Source: Gammaproteobacteria bacterium
GTDB lineage: Bacteria; Pseudomonadota; Gammaproteobacteria; Eutrophobiales; Eutrophobiaceae
NCBI GenBank assembly: GCA_965221695.1
Contig: OZ244905.1
Location: 2,656,001-2,720,000 of the forward strand
Reading direction: 5' to 3'
DNA: 64,000 nucleotides
The position numbers and the translations under genes are program-made. Shown piece after piece: positions 31,071-41,741 of this stretch (its first letter is position 1; each line of letters opens with the position of its first letter). The notes beneath the pieces were generated by a model. The model was not told where the DNA came from. It did no database searches and worked only from the letters and a program-made list of their open reading frames with translations.

Positions 31071-31997
31071 ATGTCGATAACGAATTTGGAACAAGATAAT
31101 CCAGTTGATTTTCTCGTAGTCGGCGCCGCGCAGGCCGGCACTACGACTCTGTTCGAGACCTTGAAAAAACACCCTGGAATATTCATTCCCCAGCGCAAAG
31201 AATGCCAATACTTTTCCTGTACGCATCGTGAATTCGCAGGGCCTCCGCCTCAATATGCGAATACCGTAACCCGCTCTCTGGATGAGTATCGAGAGCTTTT
31301 CAAGAAGGCTGAACCAGACCAACTATGTGGAGATATTTCGCCTGATTATCTCTACTATTTCCAAAGCGCCGTCAGCAAAATTCTCAACGAAAAAGATGCG
31401 CGAATTCCGATTATTATCGTTTTGCGCAATCCCATAGACCGCGCCTATTCGAATTATTTGCACCATGTGCGGGATGGCCGGGAGAAGTTGAGTTTTGAAG
31501 ACGCGCTGAATGCGGAGCAAGAACGCATTAAAGAAAACTGGGCCTGGGGGTGGTTCTACGTGAGGTGTGGATTATACGCGCAACAGGTAAAAGCATATAC
31601 CGAAAAATTTGAGCGGGTTTTAGCGCTGTTGTTTGAGGAGGATATCGTAACCGGTCAGGCAACGGGTAAAGTATTAGAGTTTCTGAATCTCCCCCGCTTG
31701 CGCGCAGACCAGGAGAACGCGCATGCAAACATCTCGGGATATCCTCAAAACCGGGTGTTGCACCGGCTGATGACAGACGAACGGGTTGTCAGAAAAATCA
31801 AGAACATGGTCAAAGCCACGCCGTTGTATGCCCACTCAAAGAAGATCTATAGTAAAGTGATGCAAGTGAACCTGAGAAAAGAGGCAATGCTTCCGGACAC
31901 AAGGAGGATGCTCCAAGAGAGGTTCCAGGACGATGTCGCCCTGCTGGCGGAGCAGACCGGACTCCCCGTGTACCAGTTCTGGAAGGATTTTCGGTAA
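31071..31997 (+). CDS. PAPS-dependent sulfotransferase
   Basis: 5'-PSB-like 'DFLVVGAAQAGTTTL...L..HP.I..P..KE', 3'-PB 'LRNPIDRAYS.Y'; start moved to ATG 31071. Confidence 0.85.
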   Translation: MSITNLEQDNPVDFLVVGAAQAGTTTLFETLKKHPGIFIPQRKECQYFSCTHREFAGPPPQYANTVTRSLDEYRELFKKAEPDQLCGDISPDYLYYFQSAVSKILNEKDARIPIIIVLRNPIDRAYSNYLHHVRDGREKLSFEDALNAEQERIKENWAWGWFYVRCGLYAQQVKAYTEKFERVLALLFEEDIVTGQATGKVLEFLNLPRLRADQENAHANISGYPQNRVLHRLMTDERVVRKIKNMVKATPLYAHSKKIYSKVMQVNLRKEAMLPDTRRMLQERFQDDVALLAEQTGLPVYQFWKDFR

Positions 31998-32004
31998 GTC
32001 GGAT

Positions 32005-33069
32005 ATGTCCTTGGGACCGATCATGCTGGACCTGCGCGGCGTCGAGTTGCAGGCGGACGAGCGGGATATGCTGCTGCATCCGCTGGTGGGTGGGGTTATC
32101 CTGTTTGCGCGCAACTACCGTGACCCGGAAACATTAATCGCTCTCACCACCCATATCCACGAAGTGCGCAATCCTCCGCTGCTGATCGCTGTGGATCACG
32201 AGGGAGGTCGGGTGCAACGTTTTCGCGAAGGATTCACCCGACTGCCTCCCAGCCGCTGTTTCGGCGATCTCTACGGACTGGATGCGACAAGAGCTTTGTC
32301 ATTGGTGGAAGACGCCGGCTGGCTGCTGGCCAGCGAACTGCTTGCCGCTGGTGTCGATATCAGTTTTACCCCAGTGCTTGATCTGGATTCCGGAATCAGC
32401 TCCTTCCTTGGCGATCGCGCCTACCATCGCTCCCCGGACGTGGTGGCGCGCCTGGGACAATTCCTGGTGAAAGGCATGCGCAGCGCCGGCATGATGGCAG
32501 TGGGCAAACACTTCCCTGGTCACGGTCATGTGAAAGGCGATTCCCATCATGAGATACCGGTAGACGAGCGAGATTACGGCGCTATTTTAATGACGGACAT
32601 GGCGCCGTTCGAGAGCCTTGTCAACGCAGGCCTGGCGGCCATCATGCCAGCCCATGTCGTTTATTCTCGGGTGGATGATAAGCCTGCCGGCTTCTCCAGC
32701 ATCTGGCTAAGACAGATTTTGCGGGGGAGATTGAATTTCCAGGGCGCTATCTTCAGCGACGATATCAGCATGGCCGGCGCGGAGTTCGCCGGAAGTTATC
32801 CGGAACGCGCGTCCCGCGCAATGGAGGCCGGTTGTGACATGGTTCTGGTATGTAATAACCAGGCGGCTGTTCTGGAACTGCTGGATGAGTTACAGGTCAG
32901 CCCTGACCCGGCCTCCCAACTCAGGCTGATGCGCATGCGCGGCGCCGATCCTGGATTGTCTTTTAATGAATTTTGCACAAGCGAAAGACGGCTGCGGATC
33001 GGCGCGGAAATTTCCGGGTTGGACAAGACGCCGGAATTGGAGTTGGATGATGACAACCTTATGTCGTAA
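32005..33069 (+). CDS. nagZ: Beta-N-acetylhexosaminidase (GH3)
   Basis: 'GGVILF.RN', 'VD.EGGRVQRFR', 'KHFPGHG...DSH', 'FSDD.SM.GA'. Confidence 0.95.
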   Translation: MSLGPIMLDLRGVELQADERDMLLHPLVGGVILFARNYRDPETLIALTTHIHEVRNPPLLIAVDHEGGRVQRFREGFTRLPPSRCFGDLYGLDATRALSLVEDAGWLLASELLAAGVDISFTPVLDLDSGISSFLGDRAYHRSPDVVARLGQFLVKGMRSAGMMAVGKHFPGHGHVKGDSHHEIPVDERDYGAILMTDMAPFESLVNAGLAAIMPAHVVYSRVDDKPAGFSSIWLRQILRGRLNFQGAIFSDDISMAGAEFAGSYPERASRAMEAGCDMVLVCNNQAAVLELLDELQVSPDPASQLRLMRMRGADPGLSFNEFCTSERRLRIGAEISGLDKTPELELDDDNLMS

Positions 33070-33970
33070 TTTTTTTCTGGCCTTACTGTTACTATTCTGG
33101 TCTGTCACAGTCCCGGCAGACAGCATTGAATGCCGCCCGTTGCAGATCAATGAAATTCCCTATTCCGGCCCGGATGAGTACGGGCATGGTCTGTTATGGC
33201 GGGTAACTCATCAAGCTGGTCCACCGAGCTACCTGTTTGGTTCCATCCATGTTGCAGAGCGTCATGTCAGCGCGCAACTGGAGAAGGTCAGGGACATTCT
33301 GGCCGGCAGCAGGATTTTTATCATGGAAGCGATATTTGACCCGGACGGGATTGAAGCATTGCGCAATATGATGTTCTTCACAGATGGAACGCGACTTCGG
33401 GATATCATTTCATCCGACCTGTATGCCGAGACGCTTGCGATATTGAGCGCGTATCACCTGACAGAGACCGACCTTACTGCAATGAAGCCCTGGGCTGCGT
33501 ATCTGACGATGAGTTATCCTGCCGATCTGGGCGTGATACTGGACCAGCGTTTGCTGCAGTTGGCCCGGGAGGCGGGGATAGGCATCATGGGACTTGAATC
33601 TCTGGTAGAACAAGGTGGTCTGTTCAATAGTTTTTCACTTGACGATCAGGTACGATTATTGACGGACGCCGTGTGCCACCGCGAGATACTGGAGGGCGAT
33701 TTTGCGAAAATGATCTCGCTGTACGCAGACGGGGACCTTGCGGGCCTGTCTTCCTACGGGCAGCGGTATTCATTCGGTGATAATACATTGTACGAGACCT
33801 TGACGGAAAAGCTGCTTAACAGGAGAAACCGCCTGATGGTGGAAAGAATGCAGACGGCGCTGGAAGCGGGCAGCGCGTTTATTGCCGTAGGCGCGTTACA
33901 TCTGCCGGGCAAAGATGGCATCCTGGCATTGCTGGAACGGCGCGGTTTCGGCATAACCCGGGTTTTCTGA
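33047..33970 (+). CDS. TraB/GumN family protein
   Basis: Signal peptide; 'SYLFGSIH', 'GLE...EQ', 'RN..M', 'AVGALHLPG..G.L.LL'. Confidence 0.88.
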   Translation: MMTTLCRNFFLALLLLFWSVTVPADSIECRPLQINEIPYSGPDEYGHGLLWRVTHQAGPPSYLFGSIHVAERHVSAQLEKVRDILAGSRIFIMEAIFDPDGIEALRNMMFFTDGTRLRDIISSDLYAETLAILSAYHLTETDLTAMKPWAAYLTMSYPADLGVILDQRLLQLAREAGIGIMGLESLVEQGGLFNSFSLDDQVRLLTDAVCHREILEGDFAKMISLYADGDLAGLSSYGQRYSFGDNTLYETLTEKLLNRRNRLMVERMQTALEAGSAFIAVGALHLPGKDGILALLERRGFGITRVF

Positions 33971-33981
33971 TTGGAGCGCAA

Positions 33982-35082
33982 GTGGAAATAGAACATTATT
34001 TGAACAATGTCTGGAACCACCTCATACATGAAGCGTGGATAGCGCAGATCTTGGTCATTCTCCTTGTGGTCTTGTCTTTGGACTGGCTACAGAAGCGAGT
34101 GATAGCAAAGTTGCTGACCCAGGTTCGCAAGACAAGGATTCCCTGGGATACCGCCTTGTTCGAAGCTGTCGGCAAGCCGTTGGCTGTTTTGATCTGGTTG
34201 TTGGGCATCACATTCGCCGCCGATATTGTCAGCAAGGAACACGACGCGGCCATTTTTGAGGTTATTGATCCGCTGCGCTATATGGGAGTAATAGTTGTCT
34301 TCTCCTGGTTTCTGGTCAGGTTTATTAATCGGGGTGAAATGTATTATCTCCAGTCACGATCAGAGGCCGGCGCGCCGCTTGACCGCACCACTGCCGATGC
34401 GATTGCCAAGTTATTGCGCATTTCGGTTTTCGTTATTGCATTTCTGATCCTGTTGCAGACCCTGGGTTTCAGTGTGGCCGGGGTACTGGCCTTCGGCGGT
34501 GTGGGAGGCATTGTGGTCGGATTTGCGGCTAAAGATTTACTGGCCAATTTTTTTGGCGGACTGATGATCTACCTGGACCGGCCATTCGAGGTCGGCGACT
34601 GGATCCGTTCGCCGGATAAAGAGATAGAGGGAACGGTAGAGAATATCGGTTGGAGGCTGACCCGGATCCGCACTTTCGACAAAAGACCGCTTTATGTTCC
34701 CAATTCCGTGTTTGCCAATATTGCCGTGGAGAACCCGCAGCGGATGACCAACCGGCGCATCTATGAAACCATTGGCATACGCTATGAGGATGCGGGCAAG
34801 ATGGCCGCAATTACCCGTGACGTGAAGCAGATGCTAACAGACCATCCCGAGATTGACACGAACCTGACCATGATAGTCAATTTTGTCAAGTTCGCGCCTT
34901 CATCGCTGGACTTTTTTATCTATACGTTTACCAAAACCACGAACTGGGTCAGATTCCACGAAATCAAGGAGGATGTCATGCTGAAGATCATTGAAATAAT
35001 TGAGCGGCACGGCGCGCAGAGCGCGTTCCCCACTTCGACAATACACTTGATGCGTGAGCAGGCCGGCGCGACGGAAAGCTAA
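33982..35082 (+). CDS. MscS family mechanosensitive channel
   Basis: 'GG.GGI.VGFAAKDLLANFFGG', 'RPF.VGDWI', 'GTVE.IGWR.T.IRTFD'. Confidence 0.92.
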   Translation: MEIEHYLNNVWNHLIHEAWIAQILVILLVVLSLDWLQKRVIAKLLTQVRKTRIPWDTALFEAVGKPLAVLIWLLGITFAADIVSKEHDAAIFEVIDPLRYMGVIVVFSWFLVRFINRGEMYYLQSRSEAGAPLDRTTADAIAKLLRISVFVIAFLILLQTLGFSVAGVLAFGGVGGIVVGFAAKDLLANFFGGLMIYLDRPFEVGDWIRSPDKEIEGTVENIGWRLTRIRTFDKRPLYVPNSVFANIAVENPQRMTNRRIYETIGIRYEDAGKMAAITRDVKQMLTDHPEIDTNLTMIVNFVKFAPSSLDFFIYTFTKTTNWVRFHEIKEDVMLKIIEIIERHGAQSAFPTSTIHLMREQAGATES

Positions 35083-35086
35083 GCCT

Positions 35087-35911
35087 TTGTTGAAGTTCAC
35101 CAAAATGCACGGTCTGGGTAATGACTTCGTGGTCATCAATGCCTTGGAACAAGCCGTTGAATTGAACCCTGAACAGGCGCGCAGAATTGCTCACCGCCGT
35201 TTGGGCATTGGATGCGACCAGATCCTGGTGATTCGCCCGAGTCGTAACGATGAAGCGGATTTTCTTTACGGCATTTATAATTCCGATGGCAGTGAGGCCG
35301 AACATTGCGGCAATGGCATACGTTGTGTAGCCAGCTATCTGCGAGAGAACAACATCATTTGCAAGGACGAACTGGTGGCCGATTCCGGCGCCGGATTGAT
35401 TAAACTCTATTTTGAGGACGGTTTGGTCAGAGTAAATATGGGGCGCCCCGATTTCATGCCTGAGCGCATACCGCTTGCCGTAACCGGGCAAAGACAGTTA
35501 TACAAGGTCCAAGTGAATGGGGCGGACATTGAGTTTGCAGCCCTGTCCTTGGGCAACCCCCATGCGGTTATATTGGTCGAAGACCTTGACAGCGCTCCGG
35601 TAAGCGTCATCGGTCCGCAGCTTCAAGGCAATGCCTTGTTTCCCAACAGCGTCAATGTTGGATTCATGCAGATCCTGGACAGTTCGCATATCGGTCTGCG
35701 GGTCTACGAACGCGGCGCAGGTGAAACCCTCGCCTGCGGCACCGGGGCCTGCGCTGCCGTGGTCGCGGGAATTAATGTGTATAATCTTGAGAGCAAAGTC
35801 GAGGTGTCACTGCCAGGTGGCAGCTTGACGGTATCATGGCATGGTGATAATGAACCGATTTGGATGACAGGACCAAGCGCAACCGTATACGAGGGAAGCA
35901 TCAACCTATGA
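35087..35911 (+). CDS. dapF: Diaminopimelate epimerase
   Basis: 'FTKMHGLGNDF', 'CGNG.RC', 'GNPHAV', 'ERGAGETLACGTGAC'; TTG start inferred. Confidence 0.95.
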   Translation: MLKFTKMHGLGNDFVVINALEQAVELNPEQARRIAHRRLGIGCDQILVIRPSRNDEADFLYGIYNSDGSEAEHCGNGIRCVASYLRENNIICKDELVADSGAGLIKLYFEDGLVRVNMGRPDFMPERIPLAVTGQRQLYKVQVNGADIEFAALSLGNPHAVILVEDLDSAPVSVIGPQLQGNALFPNSVNVGFMQILDSSHIGLRVYERGAGETLACGTGACAAVVAGINVYNLESKVEVSLPGGSLTVSWHGDNEPIWMTGPSATVYEGSINL

Positions 35912-36609
35912 AAACAAAACAAAATAAATCGGAAAACTCCTCAATCAGCGCGGTAGAGGTTGAGACTTATATGAGAAACAACCCGGATTTTTTTCTCACC
36001 CGCCCTGATCTTCTGGCCGATATGGCCGTGCCTCATGTTACCGGCGCCGCAGTTTCCCTGGTAGAAAAGCAGGTCAAGGCGTTGCGTGAACAGAATGAAC
36101 AGGCCCGCAAACGTTTGCATGAATTGATTGAAATCGCCAAGTTCAATGAAGATCTGGCGCACCGGATGCACCACCTTGTGCTGACCCTGATAGATGCGGG
36201 CGACCCGCAGGAGATATTTAAAACACTCTATGAAAATCTGAAACGCAATTTCAGGGCGGAGCAGGTGGTCGTAAGACTGTTTGCTGAACCATCGGGGAGC
36301 ACAGGTACAGCGCTGGCTGAGTTTGTCGGAAAAGAGTTAAGAGAAGCAGGCTTATTCGAATCATTAATAGAGAAGCGGTTGCCGGTCGTAGGCGCGCCGA
36401 CCATGGAACAACAAGCTTTTTTATTCGGTCCGGACGGCGTAGATATCAAATCCGTTGTGTTGGCGCCGCTGCGCGGGAACGATTGGGGTGGCGTACTGGC
36501 CATAGGTAGCCGCGACCCGGAACGATTCCAGCAAGGTATGGGCGTTGAGTTACTGGCAAACCTGGGCGAAGCGCTGAGCTTTATCTTGAAACCCTGGATA
36601 GTGACATAA
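35908..36609 (+). CDS. DUF484 (YigA) family protein
   Basis: 'V..Y...NPDFF', 'PH..G.AVSLVE.Q...LR'; lies between dapF and xerC. Confidence 0.88.
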   Translation: MKTKQNKSENSSISAVEVETYMRNNPDFFLTRPDLLADMAVPHVTGAAVSLVEKQVKALREQNEQARKRLHELIEIAKFNEDLAHRMHHLVLTLIDAGDPQEIFKTLYENLKRNFRAEQVVVRLFAEPSGSTGTALAEFVGKELREAGLFESLIEKRLPVVGAPTMEQQAFLFGPDGVDIKSVVLAPLRGNDWGGVLAIGSRDPERFQQGMGVELLANLGEALSFILKPWIVT

Positions 36610-36618
36610 CATACTATC

Positions 36619-37509
36619 GTGAGAGATTCTGAAATAGCCAGGATAGATGCGTTTCTGGGAACCCTGCAACATCTCTCAGTCCATACGCGCAAGGCCTATG
36701 CCGGCGATCTGGCGTTTTTTCTGGATTTCTGCAAACAGCTTGATATAGAGGAATGGCAGGAGCTGGACGGCCGCCAGATACGTGGGTATGTCACACAAAG
36801 ACACCGGCAGGGAACCAGCGGCAGGAGTCTGCGGCGCCACCTGTCCTCCATCAGGGCATTCTACAAATATCTTTTAGCCAGGGGAGAGGTAACAAAGAAC
36901 CCGGCGGAAGGGATTACGACGCCGAAGACTGAAAAACGATTGCCAAAAACGTTGGATGTAGACCAGACGGCCCGGCTGGTCGAGCTAAAGGGCAATGAGG
37001 CGCTTACGCTGCGCGACCGGGCCATCATGGAACTGATGTATTCTTCCGGACTGCGGCTTGCGGAATGCGTTAGCCTGGATCTTTACAGTGTAGACATCCG
37101 CGACGGGCTGGTAACGGTAACCGGAAAGGGCAACAAAACACGTAAGGCGCCGGTGGGCAATTATGCCCTGAATGCAGTCAGCTCATGGTTGAAGGTCAGG
37201 CCGAAAATAGCGGCATTGGATGAGACCGCGTTGTTTGTCAGCGCCCGCGGCACGCGCATAAGCGCCCGCTCAGTGCAGCAGCGTTTGCGCCACTGGGGAT
37301 TGAAACAGGGCTTGGATACCAATGTGCACCCGCACATGCTGCGCCACTCATTTGCCACCCACCTATTGGAATCCAGTGGCGATCTCAGAGCAGTTCAGGA
37401 GTTGCTGGGACATGCGGACATCAGTACCACACAAATTTATACCAGCCTGGATTTCCAGCATCTGGCGAGCGTGTACGACCAGACCCATCCGAGAGCCAGG
37501 AAGAACTAG
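36619..37509 (+). CDS. xerC: Tyrosine recombinase XerC
   Basis: '[10 protein letters not shown]', 'GKG.K.R', '[35 protein letters not shown]'; dapF-yigA-xerC synteny. Confidence 0.95.
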   Translation: MRDSEIARIDAFLGTLQHLSVHTRKAYAGDLAFFLDFCKQLDIEEWQELDGRQIRGYVTQRHRQGTSGRSLRRHLSSIRAFYKYLLARGEVTKNPAEGITTPKTEKRLPKTLDVDQTARLVELKGNEALTLRDRAIMELMYSSGLRLAECVSLDLYSVDIRDGLVTVTGKGNKTRKAPVGNYALNAVSSWLKVRPKIAALDETALFVSARGTRISARSVQQRLRHWGLKQGLDTNVHPHMLRHSFATHLLESSGDLRAVQELLGHADISTTQIYTSLDFQHLASVYDQTHPRARKN

Positions 37510-37979
37510 CCGGACTTCAGCAGCCGCTGCTTTTGCAACTGCCAGTCACGGTCGCGTTCAGCCTGACGTTTGTCATGGGTTTTCTTTCCTTTGGCAACGC
37601 CGATAGACAGTTTGGCGCGGCTGTTTTTCCAGTACATCGTCAGCGGAATCACCGTATACCCTTGCCGCTCCACTGCGCTTGCCATACGGTTTATCTCGGC
37701 CCGGTTCAACAGTAGTTTACGAGTCCTTTGCGGGTCAGGCTTGATATGTGTGGAAGCCGTCGGAAGTGGTGTAATCAAGGCGCCGAACAGGAAAGCTTCT
37801 CGATCTTTCAGCAGGATATAACTGTCGTTGATCTGTATTTTTCCGGCGCGCAGGCTTTTTACTTCCCACCCTTCCAAGGCCAAGCCGGCCTCGAACCGGT
37901 CTTCTATGTGATATTCAAACCGCGCCTTTTTATTGAGGGTGATCGTATTGTCAGGGATTTTGGCTTTCTTCTTCGTCAC
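37506..37979 (-). CDS. smpB: SsrA-binding protein
   Basis: 'NKKARFEY.I...[15 protein letters not shown]', 'RTRKLLL', 'KGKK.HDKR'. Confidence 0.96.
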   Translation of the reverse strand: MTKKKAKIPDNTITLNKKARFEYHIEDRFEAGLALEGWEVKSLRAGKIQINDSYILLKDREAFLFGALITPLPTASTHIKPDPQRTRKLLLNRAEINRMASAVERQGYTVIPLTMYWKNSRAKLSIGVAKGKKTHDKRQAERDRDWQLQKQRLLKSG

Positions 37980-38181
37980 TGGTCATACTGCGGGAAGCAT
38001 TCATCTGAAGTATATCATTCGATTCAAATACCGTGTCGCCAGTCCGTTGAAACCGGCATGATCACGCATCTGAGACGCCAAAGTTCCCAGGAACTTGCAG
38101 ATGATAGCCGGAGTGGGCATCGTTGGCTTGTATAAAAGAACGAATTACCGCAGAATCGAAAAAAAACAATAGAGAGAAGAA

Positions 38182-39549
38182 ATGGCTTCCAATCGCACAT
38201 CCGTTCATGGTCAATGGTCATCAAGGTGGATATTCATCCTGGCGGCTACCGGCTCGGCCGTAGGGCTGGGCAATATCTGGCGATTTCCCTATATCACCGC
38301 AGAAAACGGCGGCGGCGCGTTTGTGCTTATGTACCTGGTATGTATCGTCCTGGTTGGGCTGCCGATCATGATGTCCGAAATCATGCTGGGGCGGCGTGGC
38401 CGCCGCAGCCCCATCCATACCATGGAAGACCTGGCCGTGGAAGAAGGACGCAACAGGCATTGGCGACTGGTAGGCGTTATGGGAGTATTGGCCGGTTTCT
38501 TAATTCTGACTTTCTACAGCATTGTGGCCGGTTGGACCCTGGCTTATATCATGCGCGCCGTATCGGGCATGTTTCAGGGCGCGAGCGCAGAGGAGACCCA
38601 GGTTATTTTCAACGCGCTGGTGTCCGACCCGGAGCGCTTGCTGGCCTGGCATACCTTGTTCATGATAATGACTGTATTTGTAGTTGCGAGGGGTATCGAA
38701 CATGGGTTGGAGCGCGCAGTGCGTTACCTGATGCCGGCCCTGTTCCTGATGTTGCTGTTTCTGGTGGGTTATTCGTTCACCACCCCCGGTTTTACCGAAG
38801 CCCTGTCATACCTGTTCAAACCTGATTTCAGCCAGGTTGGACCATCCACGATACTGGTTGCCCTGGGACAGGCATTTTTCAGTTTGAGCCTGGGCATGGG
38901 CGCCATCATGGCCTATGGCTCATATCTTTCCGATAAAGCCTCCATCCCCGGCACGACCGTGTCGATTGGCATCATGGACACCGGCGTCGCGCTGTTGGCG
39001 GGCCTGGCCATCTTTCCCATTATGTTCAGCTTCGGACTGCAGCCGGAAGAAGGCGGACCGGGCCTGATCTTCAAGATATTGCCCATCGCCTTCGGCCAGA
39101 TGGCCTATGGCAGCGCCCTGGCCGTGGTGTTCTTTACCCTGCTGATGTTTGCCGCCTGGACATCGGCCTTGTCCATTCTTGAACCCGTTACCGCATGGAT
39201 GGTTGAAAAAACGGGCCATAGCAGGGTGCGCGCGGCAGTTACCACCGGCTTGGTTGCGTGGGCGCTGGGGCTTGGTTCACTGCTGTCCCTGAATCTCTGG
39301 TCTGAGGTCAAACTGTTCGGAATGACGTTCTTCGGTTTGATGGAATACCTGTCCGTCAATATCATGTTGCCGGTTGGAGGGTTGTTGATAGCCGTTTTTG
39401 CGGGCTGGTTCATGTCCGAATCCTCCTCTTTAGCCGAACTGAAGCTGGGCAAATATACGTACCTGGCCTGGAAAGTAGCAGCGAGATTCATTGCGCCTGC
39501 CGGGGTGATTTTAATACTTTTGCAGGAAGTATTCGGCTTTCTGGGCTGA
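38182..39549 (+). CDS. Sodium-dependent transporter (NSS/SNF family)
   Basis: 'WSSR..FILAA.GSAVGLGNIWRFPY...NGGGAF', 'GQAFFSLSLG.G'. Confidence 0.93.
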   Translation: MASNRTSVHGQWSSRWIFILAATGSAVGLGNIWRFPYITAENGGGAFVLMYLVCIVLVGLPIMMSEIMLGRRGRRSPIHTMEDLAVEEGRNRHWRLVGVMGVLAGFLILTFYSIVAGWTLAYIMRAVSGMFQGASAEETQVIFNALVSDPERLLAWHTLFMIMTVFVVARGIEHGLERAVRYLMPALFLMLLFLVGYSFTTPGFTEALSYLFKPDFSQVGPSTILVALGQAFFSLSLGMGAIMAYGSYLSDKASIPGTTVSIGIMDTGVALLAGLAIFPIMFSFGLQPEEGGPGLIFKILPIAFGQMAYGSALAVVFFTLLMFAAWTSALSILEPVTAWMVEKTGHSRVRAAVTTGLVAWALGLGSLLSLNLWSEVKLFGMTFFGLMEYLSVNIMLPVGGLLIAVFAGWFMSESSSLAELKLGKYTYLAWKVAARFIAPAGVILILLQEVFGFLG

Positions 39550-39550
39550 C

Positions 39551-39874
39551 GTGGGACAACAGGCCGCAGCGCCGCGGGTAGAGGTTGAGATTGTCTATGG
39601 CGTGACCGGCGCGCAAGTAATCAGACAGGAAGTTCCGGTCAACGCGACATTAAGAGAAGCTATTAAGCAATCGGGGATACTGGAAATGTATCCGGAAATC
39701 GACCTGGACAAGAATAAGGTGGGGGTATTTAGCAGGAAAAAGGAATTGCATACCCCGGTCCATGCCGGCGACCGCATTGAGATTTATCAAACGTTGAAAG
39801 TGGACCCCAAAGAGGCGCGCCGCCGCCGCGCAACAAAAAATCCTCAGCGATCATCGCATCAATTGATGAGATAG
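39551..39874 (+). CDS. rnfH: RnfH/RatB ubiquitin-like protein
   Basis: 'AI..SGIL...PEIDL...KVGVF', 'GDR.EIY..L..DPKE.RRRRA'. Confidence 0.88.
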   Translation: MGQQAAAPRVEVEIVYGVTGAQVIRQEVPVNATLREAIKQSGILEMYPEIDLDKNKVGVFSRKKELHTPVHAGDRIEIYQTLKVDPKEARRRRATKNPQRSSHQLMR

Positions 39875-39894
39875 TCGGGCTAGAAAAGTCATCC

Positions 39895-40914
39895 ATGGCT
39901 TTGCTGAATGTCAACCTGCATTCCACGCCTCGTTACAAGATAGCGCTGCTTTTTTGCGCATTGATTGTCATCGCGCTCAGCGTCGGGCTGGTTTCACTAG
40001 CAAGCGGTTCAGCTCCGCTGCCGTTGCCGGAAATCATCAGTATCCTGCTCGAACAAACCCCGGGGCTCAATTCACAGATCGTATTTGAATTACGCCTGCC
40101 CAGGGTTATTTCCGGTTTTATTGTGGGCGGGATGCTGGCGCTGGCCGGCGCGCTGATGCAGATACTGCTCCGCAATCCGTTGGCGGAACCTTATATCCTG
40201 GGTGTGTCAGGTGGCGCTTCGGTGTTCGCGCTACTTGCCATCAGCATGGGTCTGGCCGGCGCCTGGCTTACATTAGGCGCCTGTTTCGGCGCGTTGCTGA
40301 CTATGTTCATGGTATTCATATTTTCAGGCTCGCGCGCCGGCTGGAACCCGCTGAAAACGCTTCTGACGGGAGTGGTTATCGCTGCCGGTTGGGGCGCAGT
40401 GATCAGTTTTCTTCTGGCCCTCAGTCCAGCCGCCAAGTTGCATAACATGTTGTTCTGGTTGATGGGCGACCTCAGCTTCAGCCAGCCCGGCGGACATTAT
40501 TTTCTGGTATTGGTCCTGGCATTAGCCTTGGCGATGTATTACGCGCGAGCCTTGAACCTGTTAGCGGTTGGCGACCTGCAAGCTGCCGCGTTAGGCGTGT
40601 CCGTGAATCGCCTGCGCACTATCATTTACTTTCTGGCATCGATACTGACGGCAACAGCAGTGGTGCAGGCCGGGAGCATCGGTTTTATCGGGCTGATTAT
40701 CCCCCACGCAGTCAGGTTGTTGATTGGTAACGACAACCGGTTGCTGCTACCAGCTTCCGTGCTGGCGGGCGGCATACTGCTGGTGTTTGCCGATATGCTG
40801 GCGCGCACCTTGCTGGCGCCCAGGCAACTGCCCGTTGGAGTTCTGACCGCGTTCATCGGTGTGCCTGTCTTTCTGTTGCTGTTGCAATCCAGCCTGGCGA
40901 GACAGAGGCCATGA
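39895..40914 (+). CDS. FecCD/BtuC-type ABC permease (probably cobalamin)
   Basis: 'LRLPR', 'Q.LLRNPLAEPYILG.S.GA', 'FWLMGDLS', 'G.IGF.GL..PH', 'LPVG..TA..G.P'. Confidence 0.88.
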   Translation: MALLNVNLHSTPRYKIALLFCALIVIALSVGLVSLASGSAPLPLPEIISILLEQTPGLNSQIVFELRLPRVISGFIVGGMLALAGALMQILLRNPLAEPYILGVSGGASVFALLAISMGLAGAWLTLGACFGALLTMFMVFIFSGSRAGWNPLKTLLTGVVIAAGWGAVISFLLALSPAAKLHNMLFWLMGDLSFSQPGGHYFLVLVLALALAMYYARALNLLAVGDLQAAALGVSVNRLRTIIYFLASILTATAVVQAGSIGFIGLIIPHAVRLLIGNDNRLLLPASVLAGGILLVFADMLARTLLAPRQLPVGVLTAFIGVPVFLLLLQSSLARQRP

Positions 40915-41711
40915 TGCAGGTTAACAACAGACCGGACCGGAATATATTGACGGTAAATACCGAAGCATTGACCGTAAACATCGGGCAGACACTTATATGC
41001 CGGGATTTTGACCTGGAAATCAGGGTTGGGGAGCGCTGGGGCATGCTGGGCGGCAACGGGGTCGGAAAAACCACCTTGCTGCATACGCTCGCCGGGTTGA
41101 GAGAGCCGGCCGGTGGGAAGGTCATGTTGGATAATGTCGACCTGCGTGATTACCGGCGTCTGAGCCTGGCCCGGAAGGTGGGTGTCCTGTTTCAGGACAG
41201 TCAGGACACTTTTCCGGCCACGGTAAAGGAAACCGTTTTGACCGGACGGTTTCCTTACCAGTCTTTCTGGCCGGGGGGAGAGCGTGAGGATGCTATCCTG
41301 GCGGACGCCGCGCTGGCGCAACTGAACCTGAAGTCGATGCAGGACCGGCAAGTCGACACCTTGTCCGGTGGGGAACGGCGCCGCCTGGCAATCGCCACCT
41401 TGTTGTTGCAGGACCCGGGGCTGTGGCTGCTGGATGAACCGACCAACCACCTGGATTTTCACCACCAGATACAGGTTCTCGATCTGATCCGTCAGCGGGT
41501 CAGAGACAGGAACGGAGCCTTATTGATGGTGTTGCACGATGTCAACCTGATCACCAGGTATTGCACTCACGTCATCCTGATGCCGGGCGGAGCACAACTA
41601 CTATGTGGCGAGGTGGCGGAGGTGGTTAACAAGTCCAGCCTGGAGAACCTCTATCAGCGCCCCATCCACGAAATTACAAGCGCAGACAGAAACTATTACT
41701 TCCCCGCCTGA
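40911..41711 (+). CDS. ABC ATP-binding protein (BtuD/FecE-like)
   Basis: Walker A GGNGVGKTT, LSGGE, LLDEPTNHLD, LHD. Confidence 0.9.
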   Translation: MMQVNNRPDRNILTVNTEALTVNIGQTLICRDFDLEIRVGERWGMLGGNGVGKTTLLHTLAGLREPAGGKVMLDNVDLRDYRRLSLARKVGVLFQDSQDTFPATVKETVLTGRFPYQSFWPGGEREDAILADAALAQLNLKSMQDRQVDTLSGGERRRLAIATLLLQDPGLWLLDEPTNHLDFHHQIQVLDLIRQRVRDRNGALLMVLHDVNLITRYCTHVILMPGGAQLLCGEVAEVVNKSSLENLYQRPIHEITSADRNYYFPA

Positions 41712-41741
41712 ATTACCATCATCCCCACTGCAATATACGGG

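Noticed and set aside
36619-37509. Tyrosine recombinase as an island or prophage integrase
   Set aside because: Sequence and dapF-yigA-xerC context identify housekeeping XerC.
37980-38181. tmRNA (ssrA) next to smpB
   Set aside because: The gap is only about 200 bp and lacks the GGGGCTGA 5' end and TCCACCA 3' end.
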